64,000 bases of DNA. It comes from Nemertoderma westbladi. Its lineage: Eukaryota > Animalia > Xenacoelomorpha. A program made the translations under genes and the position numbers. This document shows, piece by piece, positions 37,172-46,906 of the stretch (position 1 is its first letter; every line of letters begins with the position of its first letter). The stretch lies in assembly GCA_032718475.1 (NCBI GenBank), contig JAUCBJ010008709.1, positions 1-64,000 of the forward strand, read 5' to 3'. Below the pieces are notes generated by a model, which was not told the origin of the DNA, did no database searches, and worked only from the letters and a program-made list of their open reading frames with translations.

Positions 37172-38969
37172 ACCTGATTAAGGAAATGTGGATAGAAGGA
37201 CTGGGATGGGATGAAGAACTCCCCCCACACCTCAGCGTCAAATGGAGAAAATGGACGGAACAGCTCGAACACCTACATCTTATGCGGATCCCTCGACCGT
37301 TCTTCCTCGATAAACTACCCACCGATATCTTCCAGCTCCATACCTTCTCGGATGCTTCGAATACCGGAATCGGCGTAGTCACCTTCTTAAGAAGACTAAG
37401 CAACGATGGAAACGGCGATACGAGCTTTTTATTTTCTAAAGCTAAGACAGTATCCGGGGAATTCGTAGCAACGATTCCAAGACTCGAGCTACAGGCTGCA
37501 GTTTGGGCAGTGAGACAGAACCGCATGGTCATGCGGAACCTACGAATCCCCATCGAATCTCAACACTTCTGGGTCGATTCGAGTATCGTTCTCTACTATC
37601 TCCACTCTCCATCCCGACGTCACACTACGTTTGTAGCGAACCGAGCCACGGAGATAAAACAGTGTACCGGCCGAGAACAGTGGCACCACGTAAACGGGAA
37701 AGAAAATCCAGCGGACTTATCAAGCCGAGGCGCCACCCCAAAACAACTCGGTAAAAGTAAACTCTGGCTTACAGGCCCGGAATTCCTACAGCAGCCACAA
37801 TTGACATGGAGTACCCGATTCGACCCCGAACTCGATAGCGGAAAATACTCCGAGGACGACAAAGAGATCCGTAAAGTCCATAGAAGCAACGCAGTGGAAA
37901 TTTATATTTGTCTGACTGAGCCTGCAAAGGACTCGGGCAGGCACTATAACGTTGCGACGATCATTCAACCAGCGGCGTCTTTACATCTGTTAATCGAGCG
38001 AACTTCATCAATGAGATGGCTCATCCACCACGTTATAACCCTTCGCAACTTCCTACGGTGGAAAGACAACAAGCCGATAGTTCAATGGAGTATACAAGAA
38101 CTCATTATCGCGGAGAAGTGTATCGTTGGATATGTCCAGAGAGAAAGTTTCCCCGATGAGTGGGAACAACTCAGTGCGGGCAAGACCTTGAAACCGGACA
38201 GCCCAGTCTACCAACTGAGACCAATGATGGGAGAGGACGGACTGATCCGACTGAATACCCGGATGGCAAACGCCCCGGTCGAGTATGAGGTTAAATACCC
38301 GGCGCTTCTGCCCGGAACTTCGACACTAGCCAAGCTATTAATTCAACAATGTCACGAGGATAACCATCACGCAGGACAGAACTGGATTATAGCTAATATA
38401 AGACAAAGATATTGGATCACACACATCCAGCCACTGATCCGGAAAGTGTTGAAACGTTGCTTTACCTGCAGAAGATATCTAGCGCCACCACTCACACAAA
38501 AGATGGCCGACTTACCAGCCACCCGTCTACAGTCCGATTCCCCACCGTTCTACGTCACCGGAGTGGACTGTTTCGGACCGTTTATGGTCATCGAACGACG
38601 ATCCAACATCAAATGCAATCAAACCGCGTCCACTGGCCTGTGGCGCGAGTCGTGGCAATACACCCGAGCAAAGACGGACTTGCGAGGACTGTGATGATAC
38701 GAACGGCAAAGGGCCACTACCAACGCCCTATCCAGAGGCTGTGCCTTCTTGAAGGCAATGACAGCGGTGACTCTACAAGAGGTGACAAGTTCCCTACTCA
38801 AGATCCTGCTGCGGACATTGGTGACAATTATAAAAAGGGCCACTACCAACGCCCTATCCAGAGGCTGTGCCTTCTTGAAGGCAATGACAGTGGTGACTCC
38901 ACGAGAGGTGATAAGTTCCCTACTCAAGATCCTGCTGCAGACATTGGTGACAATGCTAAACCCGTGTAA
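37168..38969 (+). pseudogene. BEL-2 RNase H and integrase remnant (frameshift near 37170, integrase core deleted, C-terminus duplicated)
   Basis: HTFSDAS, NPADLSSRG, HHAG..CFTC, GVDCFGP, then an abrupt jump to the C-terminal WPVARVVAIHPSKDGLARTV in another frame; 126-bp tandem duplication starting at 38708 and 38834. Confidence 0.9.
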
Positions 38970-39242
38970 ACCTTTCTCATCCTGTTGACAATGACAGATG
39001 AAAATGGACCCCCCTTAAACCAACTGTAACCACGCAATGGTATTTGTGTTTCCTCGTGTGTTATGTGGAGTCCAGCGTCACCCTGCAGATGTTTCGGCTG
39101 ACGCAGGGTCGTTTATGTATTGTTTACCCTGATTTTGGTCATCGGGACCAACGACATTGGATTATTGGAAATGGTAAAGATTTGAAGTGGAATTCATTGT
39201 ATTCATTGCAGTATGTTATGTTGTCCGTTGCGTGTGCAGTTC

Positions 39243-39621
39243 GGGGCGTAGGCGGTGTAACTAGTCCAGCTGTAGATCCCGGATTGCCGCGCAACACACC
39301 CTCTATCCCGTTACTCTGGTGGGTCCATGGTGCATCCACATGACTTCGACGATAGGGGGTTTTATGTTCTCAGTCGCGTTATTCTGGTGGGACCGTTACG
39401 TGGATTTTGGGGCGTAGGCGGTGTAACTAGTCCAGCTGTAGATCCCAGAATGTTGCGTAACCCCATCCCACATGACTTCGTCGGCTGAGCTTTATGTTGT
39501 TGGAAGTGTTATTCTGGTGGGTCCCTGGTGCATCCACGTGACTTCACTCCCAGTGTCTTCATTGTCCGTTATGTGCGCAGTTTGGGGCGTAGGCGGTGTA
39601 ACTAGCCCAGCTGTAGATCCC
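39243..39621 (+). repeat. Three dispersed copies of a 38-bp motif in the BEL-2 inter-ORF region
   Basis: GGGGCGTAGGCGGTGTAACTAG(T/C)CCAGCTGTAGATCCC at 39243, 39409 and 39584. Confidence 0.9.
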
Positions 39622-40195
39622 AGATTGCCGCGTAACACCCCTTCCACGACAAAGATTTCCCAAAGAAGATGATTGAATGTAGTTGGAAATGATGAAAAGA
39701 ATCAGACAACCTTACTATAAACCGAATGAGGACGCGTATGATGATGAAAATGTAATGATGCGCACCCTGGTGCTGCGCTTATAACAAATGATGATAGCCG
39801 GGGGGCTATAAACCCAATGATGATGTTGAAAGAAATGAAATGTGAAATAAATGGTGGAACTAAATGATGAAATGTGTTGAAATAAATGAAATGTGATGAA
39901 ATAATAATGAGAAATGAAAAAAAAGACAAAAAAAAAGGTATAAAAAAGTCTAAAGAAAAGAATTGGAAAAAAGAAGAGGACATAAAAAGTCATAAAAACT
40001 GGTTGGATATTAATGTATAGCTATAGTAACTGTAAATGCTGAATGTATTAGCAATAAGATGGCAGATGCCTATATAGCAATGTTATTTAATAAACTGAAT
40101 TACAAATAAACTGAATTATTCTGCAATCACTATAGTTCCAGACATTCTGGACTTATAATTAACTGATCTAATTTGTAACGGACATAATCGTAAAT

Positions 40196-41250
40196 ATGGA
40201 CCCAAATCGCCAAATTATCGGCGAATTACGTAATACGATAGATCTACTGGAATATCCGCAACCTGGATCCCCTAACTTTGATACGAATTGGAACGCCCTG
40301 ATAAATGAGAACGTGCGAGTCGTTAAATTCACCGGGCGAGAGGGACCGGATTCCCGGAACCTACGAAAGCTCCGGTTGGCCGATGCTAGTATGAGACTGA
40401 AAAGAACTCGGAACGCAAAGGCAACCGGAGGGGACGAGTCGTCGTTCTGGGAAACGTTCCGGCAAAGCATCTACAAATCCCGATGTTTGATATACGACAA
40501 CAAAGGAAACGAGACGCCCACCTCGAAAGCGATTACATTGGCGAGATGCCAAAGTTTCGTCGACGACAAGAGTACGTACCTCGCCCACTGGGGAAACCTG
40601 TCGGAGTGTACGGCGACGCTACGAGAGGAACGTATATCGATCATCCAGAATCGCGACAACTACCAGGAAAAGTACCGGGCGAAAGAATACGTCGATCCTT
40701 GGTCGTCGTCCTCGGAACCCTGGACGGTTTGGTATTGGTGTGTCGAATATTCCCGACACCCAGACAGGAAGTGCAGGCAGCCGGAGCGATCTGGTTACTA
40801 CCTCCGGAAATCCAAAAGATCCTCTTCGACTTCGACGTCATTAAAATCGGGTTGGATATAAAACCGGACGTCCGGAACGACTACGCGAACGCTCCTTCAG
40901 GAAGAGACCAACGAGACGACCTCAACGCCCTTAGCCATTGCGTCGACACTCAAACGCTATTAGCCTGGTTACGATTCGCCGAGTTCATGCGAGGATTCCG
41001 AGAGGTGAGACCGACGAAATCCGGGATCAGCTACCTCGCTGTGCTAAACAGCGGCATCGACTTCAAACCTCAGAAACTCCGGGATTATAATAAAATATAT
41101 GGTGGATACCTGGGATTAGAAATAAAGAGCGAGCGAGAGGGTCGATGGAAGGACGTGGAGAGAAAGTGGACGATACACCAAAGGTGGGAGAATCCGGATC
41201 GACGGAACTACATCTATGTCGTTATGGAATCATACACCGTCGCTAAGTTT
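40196..41250 (+). pseudogene. BEL-2 accessory gene, 5' part: DEDDy/WRN-EXD-like 3'-5' exonuclease domain (one frameshift; interrupted by Gypsy)
   Basis: CLIYDNKG (ExoI-like), VVLGTLDGLVLV, LPPEIQKILFDFDVIKIGLDIKPD (ExoII-like), CVDTQTL, SGISYLA, RWENPDRRNYIYVVMESY (ExoIII-like). Confidence 0.65.
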
Positions 41251-41453
41251 TGTGATATAAATGTTTAATGTATTTTATTGAGATACCGGAAGTATCCCAG
41301 ATAATCGGTTTGACCTTTGCAATGTGTACGGTGAAGGGATTGATCTATATTAGATAGTAGGTAAGGCATTGCAAAGGGGGTTTATATATTCATTGTCGTT
41401 TGTTTGATTAAAGTTTGGAGTTAATATTTAATTGTGATTTCCCTGTTTTAATA
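41251..41453 (+). repeat. Gypsy 5' LTR (TG...TA)
   Basis: Matches 44978-45180. Confidence 0.95.
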
Positions 41454-41454
41454 T

Positions 41455-41464
41455 TGGCGCAGTG
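41455..41464 (+). promoter_or_regulatory. tRNA primer-binding site (tRNA-Ser-like)
   Basis: TGGCGCAGTG one base after the LTR. Confidence 0.7.
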
Positions 41465-42132
41465 TGATTTCCATAAAACATGAAATTATCAATAACATCC
41501 GATTTGCATGTTGGGAAACAGCATTGAGGGCGGAGATCAACTTGTTAGTGTTGCAAGGGAAAATCGAGGAGGAAAAAAAGGACGAAGCTTTGCTAATGAA
41601 GATACAGATTTCCGTAGAAGACAACATTTTAAAGAAAATGCATATAGACGGCCGAACCACAGCAAATTCTTTACTAACAAAACTCAAAGAGGTATGGACA
41701 CAGTTGGTGGTACCAACCGACGGAGTAAATTCATTAGAGTTTGACATAGTGTCAAGGGACGATGTAACCAAATTTGATGACAATTTGAGACTACTCCGCT
41801 ATAAACGAACGATTTCCGATGATCTAGCTATTAGTATATTCATAAAAAACATAAAAAATGAAGCGTCAAGAAAGATTGTTCTGGTCCAGCAATTCACATC
41901 ATGGGATGCGTTGGTGCGTTTCATTATGGACACGGGTATCTCTCTAACCAATTATAACCAACATACTTCGCATCTACCAGTATCAGGAGCCGTAAAAACG
42001 GGATGCTACAATTGCGGTGTAGCCGGCCACTTTGCCAGACAATGCTTCAAGCGGTGCAATCGTTGCACCAATCACAATCACTTGCCTAAAGACTGTTTAA
42101 AAGGAAAATCAAAAAACGACGCTTCACAGTAG
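41464..42132 (+). CDS. gag: Gypsy Gag with two CCHC zinc knuckles (true start uncertain)
   Basis: CYNCGVAGHFARQC and CNRCTNHNHLPKDC. Confidence 0.85.
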   Translation: MISIKHEIINNIRFACWETALRAEINLLVLQGKIEEEKKDEALLMKIQISVEDNILKKMHIDGRTTANSLLTKLKEVWTQLVVPTDGVNSLEFDIVSRDDVTKFDDNLRLLRYKRTISDDLAISIFIKNIKNEASRKIVLVQQFTSWDALVRFIMDTGISLTNYNQHTSHLPVSGAVKTGCYNCGVAGHFARQCFKRCNRCTNHNHLPKDCLKGKSKNDASQ

Positions 42133-42175
42133 TGGGGGGTGCAACTACTGGGATCATCAACGAACCGATAGCACC
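42111..42175 (+). promoter_or_regulatory. -1 programmed ribosomal frameshift signal
   Basis: In-frame slippery heptamer A-AAA-AAC (42111-42117), then stem CAGTAGT/ACTACTG; pol lies in the -1 frame. Confidence 0.75.
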
Positions 42176-44897
42176 ATTCATTTACGCAGAAATCGATTTG
42201 AATGGTGGAAGCCCACGCATAGCTATGTTAGACACCGGATCTGAATTAAACTTAATGTCAATAAACCTGGCTAATGACTTGTCAGTTCCGATTATACCGC
42301 ATGGTATATATTTTCGTACAGCATCTGGTGATGTTGTTAAATCGAGAGGTTTTGTTCAGGTTTGGGTCAAGTGGGGAGATATTCGTCAAACATTTGATTT
42401 TCATGTACTGGGAGATCCTCCATTTGATTTAATACTTGGCATTAGGGCCATACGGACCTTCCCCTCAATATTATCTTATCCCATTGTGGCGATGACTGCG
42501 ACTACGACTACCGATACAGCTCTTTCAAAGGAATACTTTTTTAAACTTTTCCGTTGGCCATCATCATGGTCATCCGATAATACAAAACGTCTCCACGATT
42601 TGATCTGGGAATTTCAGGATATATTTAGTCGATCGAAATTCGATGTTGGAAGAATGAAATCATTCACCCATCACATAGAAACGTCTGGTCCTCCTATTTT
42701 CAGAAGACAATACAAAAACGCATACACAGAACGAGAAAATGTACACAAGATAATCACGGAGATGCATAAAAATAACATTATCTCTCCTGCTTCTTCGCCA
42801 TGGAATTCGCCATATTTGTTGGTAGATAAACCTGACCACTCAAAACGATTTTGTGTTGATTTTAGACCTCTAAACAAAGTCACTCAGGACAATAAATTCC
42901 CCATGCCAGTAATAGATGAACTTTTAGATAGACTTCAAGGAAAGAAAATTTTTTCGACGTTAGACATGACGGCCGGTTATTGGCAAGTACCCCTATCTGA
43001 GGAAAGTAAACCGAAGACGGCTTTCCAAGCGGATCATAGACAGTGGCAATTCAATGTGTTAGCAATGGGATTGAAAAATGCGGGCCCAGAATTCCAACAA
43101 GACATGCAAACTGTATTAAGTGGTCTCAACACGTTTCCTTACCAGGACGACATCATCAACGCTACTGAGACTGAAGAAGAACATCTAGAGAGCCTACAGA
43201 AAATTTTCGTACGATTACGAAATGAAGGAATTAAATTAAAACCATCAAAATGCGCATTTGGTCTAACTGAGATATCGTATTTGGGTTTTATAATTCAAGA
43301 TGGACAAGTCAAACCTGATCCTGATAAAATAAAGTGTATACAAGAATTTCCTACGCCAACCAATGGAAAGGAATTACAGTCATTTCTTGGACTCATTAAC
43401 TTTTATTCAAGGTTCGCTAAGAGATTAGCTACATACGCGGCTCCCTTATATGAGTTGACAACAAAATCAAAAAATAAATTCAAATGGTTACCCGAACATT
43501 CCGAAGTCTTTGATAAAGTAAAAAATTTATTCTCTGAAGCAGTATCATTATACATTCCCGATTTATCACAAGCTTTAATAGTCAGAACCGACGCAAGCGA
43601 TAGGGCTGTTGGAGCTGTGTTGAGTCAAATAATTAATTCTGAAGAAGTCCCAGTGCATTTCGCAAGTCGAACCCTACGCGGATCGGATCTTAACTGGTCA
43701 ACTACTGATAAAGAATTTTTTAGTTTACATTGGGCAATCATAAAATTTGAAATGTACTTAAAGGGAAATGAAGTAACAGTTTACACTGACCACAAACCAT
43801 TAATTGGACTGATAGACAAGAGAGCTGGAAACAATCAACGACAAAGACGATGGCTAGATTATATACAGGACTTTAAATTAAATGTTAACTATATACGTGG
43901 AGTTGAAAACGTTGTGGCAGACACTTTGTCTCGCTTGCCATTAGACTCAACGTTCCCAAATGTAAAGGCCGCTCCATTCGTACCAAACGCCGTTTGTGCT
44001 CTCAAGGCGTTATCTGACAAAGATTCCGAGATAGTAGCAAGGCAATACCATGATGCGGGACATTACTCTATAAACAAAACTCGTGCGGCAATTTTAAATG
44101 ACGGCCTATGGTTCCCAAAAATGAGATCCACACTACGATCAATTCAAGATGATTGTATAGAGTGTCGCACAAAGAAGTCGTACACAAAAAATCCCCCAAA
44201 AGGAGAACTACCAAACCTAAAAACTTGTGCTATTGGGGAGATTGTCTCTATTGACATTGTTGGACCCTTACCAACAACAAGATTAGGATTTCGTTACATC
44301 TTGTCGATGATAGATATGGCGTCACGTTACCTGGAAGCGGTACCAATGAAAATGGTTACAGCGCAAATAACTGCAGATGCCTTTCAGAAAGGATGGGTAT
44401 TTAGACATGGTCCTCCACGACGAATCCACACCGACAACGGTTCCCAATTTCGTTCTGCATTGTTTAATAATATTCTGGAAACTGCCTTTTGCAATTATGA
44501 AATTGATCATACATATTCATCGCCGTACTATCCTCAAGGCAATGGAGTTATTGAAAGAATACACCGTACTTTAAAAGATCGCATTCGATGCATGTCTGGG
44601 GATTGGCAATCGAACTTATCGGAAGCTGTTTATAATATAAATCGCCATGTTCACGATGGTATAGAGTGTTCGCCGTTTTTCGCACTCTATGGGTATAATG
44701 TCCCACCAGCCACTTACCCAGCAATGCTTAAAGAAAACCCATCCATCATGCAATCGTTAGCTCCTCCTATCCCACCACCACAAAGATCAACGTTTGGCCC
44801 CAAATTTCACCCACCTCAACGAGTTGTAGCAAAATTATCTCCGCAGGTTGTTTGCCTAGATCAATATGGAACTGTGAATATAAGAAAATGTACTTAG
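42132..44897 (+). CDS. pol: Gypsy Pol (protease, RT, RNase H, integrase)
   Basis: MLDTGS; SPWNSP, RFCVDFRPLN, YQDD; TDASD, TDHKPL; HDAGH..C..C, IDIVGP, TDNGSQF, GNGVIERIHRTLK. Confidence 0.96.
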   Translation: MGGATTGIINEPIAPFIYAEIDLNGGSPRIAMLDTGSELNLMSINLANDLSVPIIPHGIYFRTASGDVVKSRGFVQVWVKWGDIRQTFDFHVLGDPPFDLILGIRAIRTFPSILSYPIVAMTATTTTDTALSKEYFFKLFRWPSSWSSDNTKRLHDLIWEFQDIFSRSKFDVGRMKSFTHHIETSGPPIFRRQYKNAYTERENVHKIITEMHKNNIISPASSPWNSPYLLVDKPDHSKRFCVDFRPLNKVTQDNKFPMPVIDELLDRLQGKKIFSTLDMTAGYWQVPLSEESKPKTAFQADHRQWQFNVLAMGLKNAGPEFQQDMQTVLSGLNTFPYQDDIINATETEEEHLESLQKIFVRLRNEGIKLKPSKCAFGLTEISYLGFIIQDGQVKPDPDKIKCIQEFPTPTNGKELQSFLGLINFYSRFAKRLATYAAPLYELTTKSKNKFKWLPEHSEVFDKVKNLFSEAVSLYIPDLSQALIVRTDASDRAVGAVLSQIINSEEVPVHFASRTLRGSDLNWSTTDKEFFSLHWAIIKFEMYLKGNEVTVYTDHKPLIGLIDKRAGNNQRQRRWLDYIQDFKLNVNYIRGVENVVADTLSRLPLDSTFPNVKAAPFVPNAVCALKALSDKDSEIVARQYHDAGHYSINKTRAAILNDGLWFPKMRSTLRSIQDDCIECRTKKSYTKNPPKGELPNLKTCAIGEIVSIDIVGPLPTTRLGFRYILSMIDMASRYLEAVPMKMVTAQITADAFQKGWVFRHGPPRRIHTDNGSQFRSALFNNILETAFCNYEIDHTYSSPYYPQGNGVIERIHRTLKDRIRCMSGDWQSNLSEAVYNINRHVHDGIECSPFFALYGYNVPPATYPAMLKENPSIMQSLAPPIPPPQRSTFGPKFHPPQRVVAKLSPQVVCLDQYGTVNIRKCT

Positions 44898-44977
44898 TTC
44901 AATATTATTGACTCCATTTAGCGTGATTCTAATTTAGATTCATATTTTTGATGTTGTTGAATTTTGTAAGGGGGATA

Positions 44978-45180
44978 TGTGATATAAATGTTTAATGTAT
45001 TTTATTGAGATACCGGAAGTATCCCAGATAATCGGTTTGACCTTTGCAATGTGTACGGTGAAGGGATTGATCTATATTAGATAGTAGGTAAGGCATTGCA
45101 AAGGGGGTTTATATATTCATTGTCGTTTGTTTGATTAAAGTTTGGAGTTAATATTTAATTGTGATTTCCCTGTTTTAATA
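44978..45180 (+). repeat. Gypsy 3' LTR
   Basis: Matches 41251-41453. Confidence 0.95.
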
Positions 45181-45185
45181 AGTTT

Positions 45186-46730
45186 ATCTGTAAAACTCTC
45201 GATAACCTCATTACGGCGGTTCCTCTTTCCTTCGTCGACTACGACTGGAATGAGGTTATGAACCACGCATTCAAAGCGGTCGAGAACATTACACCAGAAG
45301 AGACGAAAACGCTCGCCATTATCGATTCCTGGGACGAAGGCGGACCTTACGACATCCCTACGATTACCGATCTTCTCAGTGCGGAGGAGCCTCTGATTAC
45401 TTCGGAAGGGGAAGAACTATGGCTACATGAGGGTGTTCTACTCTCCACCCCGAAGCGACAACTCGAGCCGGAGGCCGCTTACCAACCAGCCGCCAAACGG
45501 ATTGCTTCGGCCGAACCTACGACGAAAGCAGGCGTATTATCCCCACTCGGCTCCGGTAGCCCTGCGAGGGAGTTAATCACCACCTCCGCGTTGAGCGACT
45601 TCGGCGATATATGCCAAAGGTTATCACCATATCCTTTCCCGGGTGGCGAAGACTGGTCTTCGGAGATTCCGAGTACCAGCAACCAACAGCCCCGCTCAGC
45701 GATACTGGTTGAAAAGGGTCCCAGCGCTGCGCCGACTCCCGACGATCTCCTCGGAATCCCTCCGTCGAAAACCCCGGCACCTCTTCGCCGACCAGCAGTG
45801 GCAACTACACCCTCCGTTCCGCAGGATCCTATGCAACTAACCCGTTGGTACACCGAGCAAACCGAATGGATCCACCACCAGAAACAGTCGTCCGAGTTGA
45901 GACCGACGGGACACAAAGAAGGTTATCGGAGCGAGGACCTACTACGCAAAAGCCCAGCCTTCCGCGGGCTACCGACCACCATGAATATTCAGAAGAGCGA
46001 CCGACGACTCGAGTATTACGTCGGCGTCCCGATTCCGATATTCCCCGGTCGAGAGATGCTGTTGGAGGTGTGCGGTAACTGCGGTTCGGAGCAGTGCTCA
46101 CGCGGTAGAAGGAATCGGGTTACCGATTCGTGCCTCCAGCTCCTCGGGATACTCTATTGCCCATACTGCGCGACATCGGGCCACGACATTTCCGTCTGTC
46201 CGATCCTATATAACCTCTGCACCACGTGCGGTTTCCGTGGACATTCCGCTAGCCCCCGCTGCTATATCAAATGTCCTACCAAAGACGTTACCGCTATGGG
46301 AAATATGGTCATGTTTGAAACATACGCAAACAGCCACATAAAGACCAAGGTTCAGAGAAACGCTCGGAATATCGCGCAGGAGATGGCGTGTGGGTATTTC
46401 TCCTTCCCGGAACGCCTCCACACGTCGGCCACGCTGCCTTTCCATTACGTGGATCTGTTGCTGAGCGCCGGATTATTCGGCCCATTCGAAGTCATTAGAC
46501 GCTTATACTTGTATAAAGAGGAGTTCGGTGACGGAAAGTGGTTCCTAGAGGCGCGCAACACCGAGTTGGAAAGACGAACCGATATGATCCCGATGCCATC
46601 GAAAGGAAGAGCCGCCAGGAGACAAGCCGAAGCGTTGCTCACGATGGATGTTGACGCTCCCCTTCCAGCTCTAGCGATCGACGAGAGTCGACGGGCGAAG
46701 AGGAGAAAGGCGTATCAGAGAAAGAAATAG
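45186..46730 (+). CDS. BEL-2 accessory gene, 3' part: Pro/Ser-rich linker, Cys cluster, tandem CCHC zinc knuckles, basic tail
   Basis: Open frame continues the 40483 ORF once the Gypsy and one TSD are removed; CPYCATSGHDISVC and CTTCGFRGHSASPRC; ends RRAKRRKAYQRKK. Confidence 0.75.
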   Translation: MCKTLDNLITAVPLSFVDYDWNEVMNHAFKAVENITPEETKTLAIIDSWDEGGPYDIPTITDLLSAEEPLITSEGEELWLHEGVLLSTPKRQLEPEAAYQPAAKRIASAEPTTKAGVLSPLGSGSPARELITTSALSDFGDICQRLSPYPFPGGEDWSSEIPSTSNQQPRSAILVEKGPSAAPTPDDLLGIPPSKTPAPLRRPAVATTPSVPQDPMQLTRWYTEQTEWIHHQKQSSELRPTGHKEGYRSEDLLRKSPAFRGLPTTMNIQKSDRRLEYYVGVPIPIFPGREMLLEVCGNCGSEQCSRGRRNRVTDSCLQLLGILYCPYCATSGHDISVCPILYNLCTTCGFRGHSASPRCYIKCPTKDVTAMGNMVMFETYANSHIKTKVQRNARNIAQEMACGYFSFPERLHTSATLPFHYVDLLLSAGLFGPFEVIRRLYLYKEEFGDGKWFLEARNTELERRTDMIPMPSKGRAARRQAEALLTMDVDAPLPALAIDESRRAKRRKAYQRKK

Positions 46731-46906
46731 TGGATCGGGATATTCCAGGAACATTTATTGAACATTTATTTTTATACATATATATATATAAACTCTAGGC
46801 CAAATTAATCAAGACTATGCAATATTAAATTTGGGTTTTTTATATTGGGAATGACCTACGCAAACTCAATCTACCGATAGACCTCACGAAGGTCATTGGG
46901 GGGGAC

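Larger units (their letters stand above)
41251..45180 (+). mobile_element. Compact, apparently intact Ty3/Gypsy LTR retrotransposon (3930 bp) nested in BEL-2
   Basis: 203-bp LTRs with no differences seen; TSD AGTTT (41246-41250 and 45181-45185); PBS; PPT AAGGGGGATA (44968-44977); PR-RT-RH-IN order. Confidence 0.97.

Noticed and set aside
37160-37175. Programmed frameshift in BEL-2 pol
   Set aside because: No slippery heptamer, and a few residues are missing relative to BEL-1 (PVILQARACMRKIW), so it is a small deletion
46160-46280. Nanos zinc finger
   Set aside because: Spacing fits retroviral/AIR-type CX2CX4HX4C knuckles, not the Nanos CX2CX12HX10C pattern
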